A DNA stretch of 64,000 nucleotides from Rickettsiales bacterium (GTDB taxonomy: Bacteria > Pseudomonadota > Alphaproteobacteria > Rickettsiales > CANDYO01): contig OZ245841.1 in assembly GCA_965228885.1 (NCBI GenBank), positions 94,240-158,239 on the forward strand, in the 5' to 3' direction. A model generated the notes under the pieces. That model was not told the DNA's origin, did not search any database, and saw only the letters and a list, made by a program, of their open reading frames with translations. A program made the position numbers and the translations under genes. Positions 9,565 through 19,834 of the stretch are shown here, in pieces (position 1 is the stretch's first letter; each line of letters opens with the position of its first letter).

Positions 9565-10632
9565 CTATAGCGAGCTTTCAGATAATTTTCTTGCTTCATC
9601 TTCTGTGCTTAAAGCTGAAATTAACTCATCTAACTCTCCACCATCAGTAATTTCAGTTATTTTATATAGAGTTAAATTGATTCTATGATCTGTTACTCTT
9701 CCTTGAGGATAGTTATAGGTGCGAATACGCTCAGAGCGATCACCGCTACCAACTTGACCTTTACGATCAGCTGCACGCTCATTCTCAAGTCTGCGTTTTT
9801 CTTCTTCATAAAGCCGGGAGCGAAGAATTTTCAAGGCCTTAGCTCTGTTTTTATGCTGAGATTTTTCATCCTGTTGAGTTACAACAATTCCTGTAGGAAT
9901 ATGAACAATACGCACTGCACTATCTGTGGTGTTAACACTTTGTCCACCTGGACCACTTGATCTATAAACATCAATACGCAAATCTTTTTCTTCTATTTCA
10001 ATATCCACATCTTCTGCTTCAGGCAGGACTGCTACCGTAGCCGCTGAAGTGTGAATACGTCCACTAGATTCTGTTTCAGGAACCCTTTGCACTCTATGCA
10101 CGCCCGACTCAAATTTTAACTTAGAGAACACACCTTTTCCTGATACTAAAACTGAAGCCTCTTTAACTCCACCAACTCCTGTATCATAAAAAGACATGAT
10201 TTCAAATTTCCAACCTTTCTTCTCACAATAACGTTGATACATTCTGAACAACACACCACCAAACAAAGCAGCTTCATCGCCCCCGGTACCTGCTCTTATT
10301 TCAATAATCGCATTTTTATCATCATCTTTATCTTTAGGTAATAGTGAAAGTTTTACATCTTTTTCTAATTTAGGTAGTTTTTCTTTTAATTCTTCAAGCT
10401 CAAATTCTGCTAATTCTTTCATCTCAGGATCCTCAAGCAAGACTTCTAATTCTTTTATAGAATTCACCACTTCTAAATAATGATTCACCTTTTCAATAAT
10501 GGGCCCAAGATCTGCATATTCTTTAGATAATTGAATATATTCCTCACGCCCCAATGAATCCACATCATTGAGTTTTTTTGCAATTTCTTCATATTTTAAA
10601 ATGATTTTAGTTAAATTATCAGAAAAGCTCAT
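9565..10632 (-). CDS. prfA: peptide chain release factor 1
   Basis: '[24 protein letters not shown]' (GGQ motif) and '[26 protein letters not shown]' (RF1-type PxT region). The ORF track extends to 10740. The start at ATG 10632 ('MSFSDNL...', 355 aa) is chosen by alignment to the usual RF1 N-terminus. Confidence 0.93.
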   Translation of the reverse strand: MSFSDNLTKIILKYEEIAKKLNDVDSLGREEYIQLSKEYADLGPIIEKVNHYLEVVNSIKELEVLLEDPEMKELAEFELEELKEKLPKLEKDVKLSLLPKDKDDDKNAIIEIRAGTGGDEAALFGGVLFRMYQRYCEKKGWKFEIMSFYDTGVGGVKEASVLVSGKGVFSKLKFESGVHRVQRVPETESSGRIHTSAATVAVLPEAEDVDIEIEEKDLRIDVYRSSGPGGQSVNTTDSAVRIVHIPTGIVVTQQDEKSQHKNRAKALKILRSRLYEEEKRRLENERAADRKGQVGSGDRSERIRTYNYPQGRVTDHRINLTLYKITEITDGGELDELISALSTEDEARKLSESSL

Positions 10633-10807
10633 ATTATTTAAACCTGTGTATATACCATTACTCATTTCTTTAAGTGACAAATATATACTGCTACTTTGCT
10701 GAAGGCAATATAAATGATCTAGCATATGACTGATAGACAATATTCTTGTATATTTTACTTCACTTTATATCTATACTCAAATCTATCTGAAGTTAATAAT
10801 TAGGAAC

Positions 10808-11776
10808 TTGGCAATGCAAAGAACTATCTCTATATTATTGTTATTCTTGAGTATCTCAGCCTCAGCTAGAGAACAGATACGAATTGTTGGTTCAGCCACT
10901 TTATATCCTTTTATTACCATAGCTGCAGAAAAATTCGGTAAGACATCTGACCATACTCCAGTAGTGGAAGCCACAGGAACTGGAGGTGGATTTAGACTTT
11001 TATGCTCAGGAAATTCTCTAAAATACCCAGATATAGTTAATGCATCAAGACCCATAAAACCAAGCGAAGAAAAATTCTGTAAAAAAAACTCCGTGAATAA
11101 TATAAAAAAAATTACTCTTGGATATGACGGAATTATTCTTGCTCAATCTATTGAAGCTAAAAAGTTAGACTTAAGCCCTAAGCATATATTTTTAGCTATA
11201 GCTAAAAAAATCCCGTTTAACGGAAAAATGATTGATAACCCATACAAAACTTGGAAAGAAATTGATCCATCTCTACCTGACCATAACATTGAAATTTATG
11301 GGCCATCTTTTACTTCTGGAACTAGAGACACCTTTGTTGAGTTAATAATGCATAATTTCTGTGCTTCTTCTGATGAAATATCTCAAATTCTTCCTAATAA
11401 AAAAGAACGCCTGATTACTTGTGGGACAATGCGCGAAGATGGTCCTTATATTGATATGTCTGAAAATTATAATTTAATCATACAAAAACTACTTAACAAT
11501 GAACATGCCCTAGGAATTATTAGCTTTAGCTTGCTAGAAGAACATCCTAAAATAAAAGCTGCTGACATATCTCATGTTACTCCAAGCAAAGATTCAATAA
11601 CAAGCGGTGAATATATTCTTTCTCGCCCATTATTTTTATATATCAATTTAGATCATAAAAAGTTCCTACCTGATTTAGATAAATTTATAAACTATATTAC
11701 TAGCCCTATATCTATAGGACCAAATGGATATCTAACCAAAAAAGGACTATTAACAAAAGAGACTGCTAATCTATAG
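10808..11776 (+). CDS. pstS: phosphate ABC transporter substrate-binding protein (PstS family)
   Basis: 322 aa with a signal peptide. 'IRIVGSATLYPF' and 'ATGTGGGF' motifs. No pstCAB genes adjacent. Confidence 0.8.
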   Translation: MAMQRTISILLLFLSISASAREQIRIVGSATLYPFITIAAEKFGKTSDHTPVVEATGTGGGFRLLCSGNSLKYPDIVNASRPIKPSEEKFCKKNSVNNIKKITLGYDGIILAQSIEAKKLDLSPKHIFLAIAKKIPFNGKMIDNPYKTWKEIDPSLPDHNIEIYGPSFTSGTRDTFVELIMHNFCASSDEISQILPNKKERLITCGTMREDGPYIDMSENYNLIIQKLLNNEHALGIISFSLLEEHPKIKAADISHVTPSKDSITSGEYILSRPLFLYINLDHKKFLPDLDKFINYITSPISIGPNGYLTKKGLLTKETANL

Positions 11777-11888
11777 CTTCTTCATTTATTTTGACATTTT
11801 CACCGTTCTTCTGTATAAAAAACACCAGCATCATCGCATCATCTAGATTTTACTACGTTTATAAAGAAGAATTCTGCATCTATTATAA

Positions 11889-12086
11889 CTGATCTTAGGA
11901 GAAAGTCCTTTATATGCCGCAGCTAGAAATAATGACTGTGAAATTATGAAGGTTTTGATAGATCATGGAATTAGCAGTCAAAACACTAACTGGCTTGACA
12001 AGACAGCTATTGACTACACCACTGAATGCAAGTTCTTAAGCAACTACAACGATAAAATATTCCCATTGGAAGAAACATTGTTTTAA
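11889..12086 (+). pseudogene. ankyrin-repeat gene remnant (truncated, no start codon)
   Basis: The frame open from 11889 reads 'LILGESPLYAAARNNDCEIMKVLIDHGISSQNTNWLDKTAIDYTTEC...F*'. It fits the ANK consensus (G-x-[ST]PL-x-xAA...E-x-x-K-x-L-x-x-G...) but has no upstream Met or 5' part. Confidence 0.45.
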
Positions 12087-14743
12087 AACTCTCTGGCTAA
12101 ATGGGCATATTCACAATAACCTGAACTCTTCTTGTTTGTATAATGATATGGAGTTGATATATCTTGATATTGCTTAATTAAAGCATGAATATATTCTTCT
12201 GTCTGTTTTATAATTTCCTCATCAGATATATCTATCTCTAAAACTTCAACAGGATCCTCTCCACCAGATAACTGTAAATAAGTTAACGACGCTAAATTCT
12301 GGTGTTTTCTTTGAAATTTAAATCCTCCATTTTTACCAATTACACCTTCTAATAACAACTGTAAACTATTGCCAGAAGTAATTGCTTTATTAGTTGGCAT
12401 ACGCCCCGTCTTATAATCAATAATATGTAATGAATTATTTGCAGATACTTCAATTCTATCTGCTCTAGCAATTAGAGTAAATTCATTACCGATTGGCATT
12501 CTTCCATATTCTTCTAAATAAGCTATATTCGATAAGTTTTCATTAGCAATAAACCATTTTGCTATACGAACAAATCTTTGCCAATATATCAATTGTAATT
12601 TAGAACCAGTTAAATTTAACTCCATCAAAGCCTGTTTACCGCTATTTAATAAAGTTTCTAGATCTGATTTAATATGTTTATAGTGATAAATTTCTATTGC
12701 TCTATGAATAAAAATTCCAAAATCTAAAGCAGATAGTGATTTAACAATAGGAGGTAATTTTTTAAGTTTAAGAATCAAGTCCACATAAATGTGATAGGGA
12801 TTAAAAACTAATTTATCAATTTGAGTTACAGACAGTTGAGTTGGACGATGTTCTATCGCTGGCCTTGGAGACACTTCATAAGTCTCCTGAAGCCCACTAT
12901 CTTCTACAGATTCAGCAAAAGAAAATTCTTCAATATTAATTAAGGTTAACATTCTAAGCAACCAACGAGATGGCGTTGTTATAACACCCGAATCTTTTTC
13001 CGATCTAGTAAGAACAATCTGTGGATTTTGTACGAAACACTGAAAGTCATACGCCTCTTCACCTATAGCCTGTTCTGGAGAAGGCAAGCCTATCTTCTCA
13101 AGCAAACTATTATTAAAACAGGGGTCAAGTGGTATTCTTGATGGCCATATTCCTTCATTAAGACCTGCTAGAATAACAAGATCCGCTCTATGCAATCTGG
13201 CATCTATTGGTTTTAACAATGTGATTTTATGGTTAGAAACTTCAGGTCTATAATATGCAGACTGTATGAAATGCTGAAAAACCTGAGGATAGTTCCTAGG
13301 AGCAATATTTCCTAAATTCCCAGAACTTTCTAAAATTTGATCTAAATATAACTTAAACTCCTCTGCATCAGCCCCTTCCCATAATGGGAACCTAGCAACT
13401 TCTTGGGCAAAATTTAAATGAAATTCAAATAATTCTTTAAAGCTTATTGATCTATAAGAAAAGATCTCTTTAAAACTCCTAAAACATTCAAGCAAAAAAT
13501 TAAAATTCTCATCCTCAGATAAAACAGAAAAAATATTATTTCCATAAAAATTTTTATCTCTTATAAGAAGCTCTATTTCTGATACTACTGCTTGATCAAC
13601 ATTGGCTAATTTATATTTTAACAATGCTAGACTTGAAGATAAAGAAAAATTTTCTAAAACTATATTTAAACAAAGTTCTAACCATATTCCTGTATCACTA
13701 TGTTTTAAAGGATAATCTCTAATTATATTTACATCTAAATTGCTTTGCTTCAAATTCAGAATTATTTTAACCATTAAAGCATCATCTGCTGTAACTACCA
13801 TCGCTGTTTTATAAGATCTGTTTTGTAGCAAACTTACTATAGATTTCGCCTCATGATGCAAGTCATTGCATTTTAAATATTGAATACCATCTATACTTTC
13901 TTTAGCAAGACTATACCAATTAACACATGATTTTGAAGGTTTTAAAGCATGAGAAATTAAGTTTGATTGTTTTTTAGTGTACTGACAAAAATTTGTCACA
14001 GCTTGTGGATCAACATTCAATTGACTGAGAATTTGTTTAAAATTATATTGAGCATGAGTAACATCCACATTCTCCCAGTCATTCATTGTAAAATTTGAAT
14101 CTATACCATAGAACACCAAATAACTTTTTTTCATTAATTGTATTATGCTAGGAGTATTATAAGAAATACCTGCCATAATTACAGTTTTATTAGAAAAGCT
14201 ATTACTTAATTTCTCTATTAAAAGATTATTATATCCTACCTTAGTTAGGTTATCTTCTTGTCTCCATAATGCTATAAACTCCTTCAATATTATGAACAGC
14301 TCTTGCTGATGATTGCTTAAATCTTCATCTATCAGCTTTAGTATTGTACTCAAGTCAACTTTACTAAACTCAATACTCTGAATCAAATTAGCAAAATATT
14401 CTGCCAAAGGAGTTATAGATGATAAATCTTTAAACTTAGGAAGGTTCATTTTAAAAATAACTTCGCTAACCTTAGCTACCAACCCTATTCTGCTTAATAC
14501 TGTAGATTGTTTTTTAAAAGTAACTAAATCAGTTAAATCACTAACTGAATGTATATTAAGTTTTTTATAACCCAATTCAAAAAAAACATTTTTTAAACTA
14601 GAACAAGCATTCTTAGTAGGAAGTAATATTATTACATCTTTAGTATTGCAAGTTGCAAATAAGCTATTTATAATTCCATCAGCTAACACTTGAAAAAAAT
14701 CCTCATTTGCAGGAATATTATATATATTAGGGCTCGCTACCAT
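12083..14743 (-). CDS. addB: double-strand break repair protein AddB (alphaproteobacterial type, PD-(D/E)XK nuclease C-terminus)
   Basis: Long ORF. N-terminus '...NIYNIPANEDFFQVLADG', C-terminal nuclease motif 'ARADRIEVSANNSLHIIDYKTGRMP'. The ORF track runs to 14893, but that extension overlaps znuA. The likely start is one of the ATGs at 14764, 14755, 14752 or 14743. Confidence 0.75.
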   Translation of the reverse strand: MVASPNIYNIPANEDFFQVLADGIINSLFATCNTKDVIILLPTKNACSSLKNVFFELGYKKLNIHSVSDLTDLVTFKKQSTVLSRIGLVAKVSEVIFKMNLPKFKDLSSITPLAEYFANLIQSIEFSKVDLSTILKLIDEDLSNHQQELFIILKEFIALWRQEDNLTKVGYNNLLIEKLSNSFSNKTVIMAGISYNTPSIIQLMKKSYLVFYGIDSNFTMNDWENVDVTHAQYNFKQILSQLNVDPQAVTNFCQYTKKQSNLISHALKPSKSCVNWYSLAKESIDGIQYLKCNDLHHEAKSIVSLLQNRSYKTAMVVTADDALMVKIILNLKQSNLDVNIIRDYPLKHSDTGIWLELCLNIVLENFSLSSSLALLKYKLANVDQAVVSEIELLIRDKNFYGNNIFSVLSEDENFNFLLECFRSFKEIFSYRSISFKELFEFHLNFAQEVARFPLWEGADAEEFKLYLDQILESSGNLGNIAPRNYPQVFQHFIQSAYYRPEVSNHKITLLKPIDARLHRADLVILAGLNEGIWPSRIPLDPCFNNSLLEKIGLPSPEQAIGEEAYDFQCFVQNPQIVLTRSEKDSGVITTPSRWLLRMLTLINIEEFSFAESVEDSGLQETYEVSPRPAIEHRPTQLSVTQIDKLVFNPYHIYVDLILKLKKLPPIVKSLSALDFGIFIHRAIEIYHYKHIKSDLETLLNSGKQALMELNLTGSKLQLIYWQRFVRIAKWFIANENLSNIAYLEEYGRMPIGNEFTLIARADRIEVSANNSLHIIDYKTGRMPTNKAITSGNSLQLLLEGVIGKNGGFKFQRKHQNLASLTYLQLSGGEDPVEVLEIDISDEEIIKQTEEYIHALIKQYQDISTPYHYTNKKSSGYCEYAHLAREF

Positions 14744-15614
14744 GCTTCGCATCATTATATTCATGATCGTTCTATTTCCACTTAGCTTATTAGCTGGAAA
14801 TAAAAAAATCGTAGTGTCCATCCGTCCTTTGCAATCCATTGTGGCCAATATAATGGGAGACCAGGAAGAGATAGATTTAATAATAGACCACAATGAATCT
14901 TTGCATAATTATCAATTAAAACCAACAAAAATCCGTAATATTTATAGTAACAACCTTATTATTATAATGAGTAGAAACTTTGAAGTATTTATGGATAGAA
15001 TACTAGAGAATTTGAGCGCTCAAAATAAAGTTATTGAAGTTGCAAACCTTCCAGGAGTGGAATTACTTTTAAATAACGAACATAACCGATATGGATTGAA
15101 ATATGATTACCATCTATGGTTGGATGTTGATCAAGTTAGAGCAATAGCTAGAGGATTAACTGATATTCTAATAAAAGAATATCCTTCAAATAAAAATATC
15201 TATAAAAATAACCTGTCTCAATTTGAGCTAAAACTAACTGCACTAAATAAAAGAATAATCAAAAAACTAAAACATGCACATAATAAAGATTTTATGGTCA
15301 CTCATAATGCTTATTCTTATTTTACCAAACAATATCATTTAAATAATCCAACGGCAATAACTATTGACCACGACCACAATATAGGAGCCCGCAGTTTTCT
15401 TGAAATGCAAAATTTAATTAAAGAGAATAAAATTCAATGCATTTTTGAAGAACCACAATTTGACTCCCAAATTATTCTTAAACTACAAGAAAAATCTAAT
15501 ATAAGGATTGGCAAACTAGACGCTGAATGGGGGCCAGATAATGCATCAACCAAAGACGCTTACTTTGCTATGATGGATTCATTAGCTGATAGCTTTAGTG
15601 AATGCTTAAAATAA
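14742..15614 (+). CDS. znuA: zinc/manganese ABC transporter substrate-binding protein (ZnuA/TroA family)
   Basis: 290 aa. Signal peptide 'MLRIIIFMIVLFPLSLLAG'. 'YDYHLWLDV' and 'VTHNAYSYF' motifs. Confidence 0.8.
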   Translation: MLRIIIFMIVLFPLSLLAGNKKIVVSIRPLQSIVANIMGDQEEIDLIIDHNESLHNYQLKPTKIRNIYSNNLIIIMSRNFEVFMDRILENLSAQNKVIEVANLPGVELLLNNEHNRYGLKYDYHLWLDVDQVRAIARGLTDILIKEYPSNKNIYKNNLSQFELKLTALNKRIIKKLKHAHNKDFMVTHNAYSYFTKQYHLNNPTAITIDHDHNIGARSFLEMQNLIKENKIQCIFEEPQFDSQIILKLQEKSNIRIGKLDAEWGPDNASTKDAYFAMMDSLADSFSECLK

Positions 15615-15626
15615 AAAGCTCTTTAT

Positions 15627-15902
15627 TTATCTTTTTTTGTATTCTTCTTTAGTATAGGTTTTAAGACAAAGAGCATGAAGAGAACTAGCTAAGGCATCTT
15701 TTAAGGAACTATAAATTAATTTATGTCTCTGCACTGAAGGTAAACCATCAAAACTTTCTGAAACTATAGTAATTGTTGCATGAGTCAATCCACCAGTAGG
15801 ATTTTCAATATGTTCAGCATGAGCATGACTATCATCCCTAATATCAATGAAAGATGGATTTAAATATTCTAATCTTTGTTTTATTTCACTAGACTTTAAC
15901 AT
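15627..15902 (-). CDS. bolA: BolA family protein
   Basis: 91 aa. 'DDSHAHAEH' and 'VQRHKLIYSSL' are typical of BolA. Confidence 0.8.
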   Translation of the reverse strand: MLKSSEIKQRLEYLNPSFIDIRDDSHAHAEHIENPTGGLTHATITIVSESFDGLPSVQRHKLIYSSLKDALASSLHALCLKTYTKEEYKKR

Positions 15903-15911
15903 GTTTTATCC

Positions 15912-16862
15912 TTATAAATTATTTGTTCCACCAGATAGGCAAGTGAGAACAGGTTTTTCTCCTAAAGTTAAATTACAACTTGTTCCAAGTGATAGCGGAG
16001 AATTGCAGTTACTATTATGACCAATAATAGGCAATGACAACACAGGAATATCAAGCAACTTAGAGAAATTTTCTATAGCCATTGTACATAAATTTTTTCC
16101 ATCTTTCTCTAACTCTGGAGTTATCTCACCAAAAATAAGAGCTTTTGCTCTTTTAAAAACTCCTGCTTGATGTAAGTGATTAAGCATGCGATCAATTTGA
16201 TACCCCTTTTCTCCAACATCCTCAAGAAAAATAATTTTATCTTTAGTATTAATTTGCCAAGAAGTTGCTAAGGATGTTTGCACTAAACATAAGTTACCCC
16301 CTGTAATTGCTCCATCAATATTTTTAGCCTTCTTAGCATTGTCATTTAGAGGAGTAAGTTGATTGTAGTTTATATTTACTTGCTCACCAAAAAGAACTGG
16401 CTTTAATTCATCTAATAACTTGGGGTTTCTAATAATTTGACTAATCACAGCACAATGAATGCTGTTCCAATTCCATTTGTTTTCTACAAATAAATGCAGA
16501 GCCGTAATATCACTAAATCCCATAAGTAACTTTGGAACATTAGGAACTTCTATTTTTTCTAAAAAAGGAATAAGTTTTGCAGCTCCATATCCACCTCTAA
16601 TAGCCCATACTGCCTTACTATCTGTATTAGTAAAGGCATTAATAATGTGCTTAGCTCTGTATTCAAGACTATTAGCTGAAAATGGGTCTTTTTCTAAATC
16701 TATTAAATCATCTGGTATTCGAGCTATAAGCCCTATACTTTTAAGAATTTTCTTAGATCTTTGGTAATATTCTAGTAAATTGTCAACTGGAACAGCAGAA
16801 GAAGGTGCTATTATATCTACTACATCTCCTGGTTTTAAAAAGTTCCAAGATTTATTTACCAT
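15912..16862 (-). CDS. ldcA: LD-carboxypeptidase (peptidase S66)
   Basis: 316 aa. Nucleophile motif 'MGFSDITALH', 'FLEDVGEKGYQIDRMLNHL', and 'GHNSN' for the catalytic His region. Confidence 0.8.
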   Translation of the reverse strand: MVNKSWNFLKPGDVVDIIAPSSAVPVDNLLEYYQRSKKILKSIGLIARIPDDLIDLEKDPFSANSLEYRAKHIINAFTNTDSKAVWAIRGGYGAAKLIPFLEKIEVPNVPKLLMGFSDITALHLFVENKWNWNSIHCAVISQIIRNPKLLDELKPVLFGEQVNINYNQLTPLNDNAKKAKNIDGAITGGNLCLVQTSLATSWQINTKDKIIFLEDVGEKGYQIDRMLNHLHQAGVFKRAKALIFGEITPELEKDGKNLCTMAIENFSKLLDIPVLSLPIIGHNSNCNSPLSLGTSCNLTLGEKPVLTCLSGGTNNL

Positions 16863-16880
16863 TAAAACCTACAATAAAAA

Positions 16881-16900
16881 AAAGGCGCATATGCGCCTTT
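16881..16900 (-). terminator. rho-independent terminator after rplM-rpsI (palindromic, potentially bidirectional)
   Basis: Perfect palindrome 'aaaggcgcatatgcgccttt' (GC core ggcgc/gcgcc) flanked by A-runs and T-runs on both sides. It starts 14 nt downstream of the rpsI stop. Confidence 0.65.
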
Positions 16901-16913
16901 TTAAAAAAATATA

Positions 16914-17367
<454 letters not shown>

Positions 17368-17372
17368 ATATA

Positions 17373-17843
17373 CTAACCTTTCTTATTTTTAGAGCTCATG
17401 CTTGCAAAATCTAGTACAGATGGCTTCTGAGCTTCATGAGGATGTGATGGGCCTGCATAAACATATAAATTTGATAAACGCTGTCTACCCATAGGACCTT
17501 TTGCCAACATTCTTTCTACAGCTTTTTCTACTACTCTTTGTGGATTTTTTCCAGCGAGAATTTTACCAGCTGTTGTCTCTTTAATTCCACCGAAATAACC
17601 TGTATGACGATAATAAAATTTACCATCTTTTAAAGCTGCTTTATGTCCACTTAAGTAAATTTTATCAGCATTAATAATAATTACATTATCTCCACAATCT
17701 TGGCTTGGTGTGTAACTTGGTTTATCTTTACCAGATAAAATCATCGCCACTTTTGCAGCCAGCCTACCAAGAACTACGTCTGTAGCATCGATTACTAACC
17801 ATTTTTTTTCTACTTCTGATGCTTTCATTGAGTAAGTTTTCAT
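17373..17843 (-). CDS. rplM: 50S ribosomal protein L13
   Basis: '[17 protein letters not shown]' N-terminus. Conserved rplM-rpsI gene order. Confidence 0.97.
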   Translation of the reverse strand: MKTYSMKASEVEKKWLVIDATDVVLGRLAAKVAMILSGKDKPSYTPSQDCGDNVIIINADKIYLSGHKAALKDGKFYYRHTGYFGGIKETTAGKILAGKNPQRVVEKAVERMLAKGPMGRQRLSNLYVYAGPSHPHEAQKPSVLDFASMSSKNKKG

Positions 17844-18122
17844 TTTATCTTACCACTATCCTATTTAAAAGTTGATATAAGAAGATCTTAAAATATGACA
17901 AGTTACCACTATTTGTCAACAATAATATTGTACAAAAGTATTTTTAATTTTTAACGCTCATCATTATCAAAAACAAAGCTTAATAAATGAAATTATACCA
18001 ACCCTAAACATAATATCAATAAACTAACATACGAAAAAATTGCATCTACATAAAAACCTTTATAATTCCCTAGAAAACCACCCTTTAGTTTTATTCTACA
18101 AACTGCAATTTAATACAATAAC

Positions 18123-19799
18123 TTATAAATCTACATCTCTTTCTAGTCTAGTAATCCCTACTCTCGAAACATTATCTGCTAATTCTTTGTATTTCATATA
18201 TAATGAATTACTAGGAAGAGTCCCCTTTTCTGAAGGTTTTTCTCCAGCAAAATGAATAATAAATGGCATTACTTTTACACTATAATCAAAAACTGGAATA
18301 TAATTCCACCGCCTGGAAATAAATTTGATCTTACCTTGGTAAATCTTATTAAACATATCTTGATTAGGCATCAAAAAACATTTATCACTTTTTAGAGCCT
18401 TATAAGGAGTATGATGATTACCCTCTAAATAATTAGAATATTTATTTGTTAGATAAGACGAATTTTTAATTTCCCTCATAAGGCTTAAATTATGAACTAC
18501 CACACCTATATTAACGTACTTGTACTCAAAATCACAAGAATCCTTTCTATTAACAATTATATCTTCTGTTGAAGCCGCAAAAATATTACCTTCAAAGTTC
18601 ATATTCTGTAGGTCATATAAATCTCTTAAAACAATCAAATCAACATCTAAATATACTATAGAATCTAAATTTACAAGAACATCCTCAACTGTAAATCTTT
18701 GAATCTGATTTCTCATTTCATGTCCAAAAATACTTTTCTTATCTTTATAAAAAAGATCTGAAGGAGCATGAATAAAATGAACTTTATATTCTCCAAGATC
18801 TTGCAAAGAACTAAGTATAAGCTTATTGTTTTCTGACAATGGACTTTCTTCATCAGTTACAAAATATAAATTATAATCAGTATTCAAATCTGCATTTAAT
18901 AAAATGGAAGCAATAGCTGTTTTAGCATAACGAATATAAGTTGGATTATTATCTATTGTAAAAAGAACATCAGTAGTTCTTCTATTAGAAAAATTAACTA
19001 GAGACATAGCTTTTTTCTTAAGATTGTGAGCTTCTAATAGATTGTAATTATATTTATTATCACTTGAGAACTTACCTATAGAGTGCATTAAGCTCATCCT
19101 GTACAAGGCACGACTTGCTATATTAATATCCTTAGATTCTGACAATTTATTTAATAAAATATACTCTTCAAATTCAGAAGACTCTATCTTAAAATCTCTT
19201 CCTGTAACCATAGACAACAAAGCCTCATGATACTCTTTTCTATACATTCCTTCCAATGCTAAACTTTCGTACCTTATTGCCCTATATATAGAAGAAGCAT
19301 CTTTTTGTTCTGTCTCTATTTGCGCAAGACAATGATACCCCTCGGATATCTCAACTAAATCAATCCCATCACTAACCATACTAGAGCATTTTTTTTTCTT
19401 ATAATCTTTTATCTCTTGGTTGTTATCTGAATTGCGACTTTCTAAAAGTCTATCTTTTCTCTCTAAAGAATCAATCCTGCCAAGTAAATGATTCGTAAAA
19501 TGGTTTAATGATTCTGTATTTGCAACTAACTTATTTATATTATTCTCAAAATTTTTATATTCTTGCTCAAGGTCAGACCTCAAAACCTTCTGCGCATCTC
19601 TAACCTCTTTATATTCTTGCTCAAGATCGGATCTCAAAATCTTCTGCGCATTTCTAACCTCAACATTTAATTCTTTTGTATAATTTAATTCTTTTATATA
19701 AATATTAACCGTGAAACAAAGTATTAACAAAAGAATAGCCACCACAATAAAAGATATCGCCTTATATCTGTAGTTTTTTATAAATCTATAAATTGACAT
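18123..19799 (-). CDS. signal-anchored glycosyltransferase family 8 protein with coiled-coil stalk
   Basis: GT8 motifs 'IVYLDVDLIVLRDL' (DxD), 'YVNIGVVVHNLSLMR', 'PNQDMFNKIY' and 'FIIHFAGEKP'. N-terminal helix 'ISFIVVAILLLILCFTV'. The start is moved to ATG 19799, which is preceded by 'AAGAGGGAG'. The ORF-track start at 19880 would overlap the upstream gene. Confidence 0.75.
   Translation of the reverse strand: MSIYRFIKNYRYKAISFIVVAILLLILCFTVNIYIKELNYTKELNVEVRNAQKILRSDLEQEYKEVRDAQKVLRSDLEQEYKNFENNINKLVANTESLNHFTNHLLGRIDSLERKDRLLESRNSDNNQEIKDYKKKKCSSMVSDGIDLVEISEGYHCLAQIETEQKDASSIYRAIRYESLALEGMYRKEYHEALLSMVTGRDFKIESSEFEEYILLNKLSESKDINIASRALYRMSLMHSIGKFSSDNKYNYNLLEAHNLKKKAMSLVNFSNRRTTDVLFTIDNNPTYIRYAKTAIASILLNADLNTDYNLYFVTDEESPLSENNKLILSSLQDLGEYKVHFIHAPSDLFYKDKKSIFGHEMRNQIQRFTVEDVLVNLDSIVYLDVDLIVLRDLYDLQNMNFEGNIFAASTEDIIVNRKDSCDFEYKYVNIGVVVHNLSLMREIKNSSYLTNKYSNYLEGNHHTPYKALKSDKCFLMPNQDMFNKIYQGKIKFISRRWNYIPVFDYSVKVMPFIIHFAGEKPSEKGTLPSNSLYMKYKELADNVSRVGITRLERDVDL
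19556..19663 (-). repeat. 2 x 54-bp imperfect tandem repeat (18-codon unit) inside the GT8 stalk
   Basis: Units 19556..19609 and 19610..19663 differ at 7 of 54 positions. They encode 'EVRNAQKILRSDLEQEYK' and 'EVRDAQKVLRSDLEQEYK'. Confidence 0.85.
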
Positions 19800-19834
19800 A
19801 AAGGGCTCCCTCTTTAAGTTAATTGCACAATATC

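Noticed and set aside
10633-10740. 36-codon extension of prfA
   Set aside because: It has no counterpart in RF1 alignments. The start at 10632 gives the usual ~355-aa RF1. The uncertainty is acknowledged (there is another ATG at 10665).
10783-11055. 90-aa minus-strand ORF overlapping the pstS start
   Set aside because: It is antisense to the PstS signal peptide and N-terminal domain, with no motif or SD.
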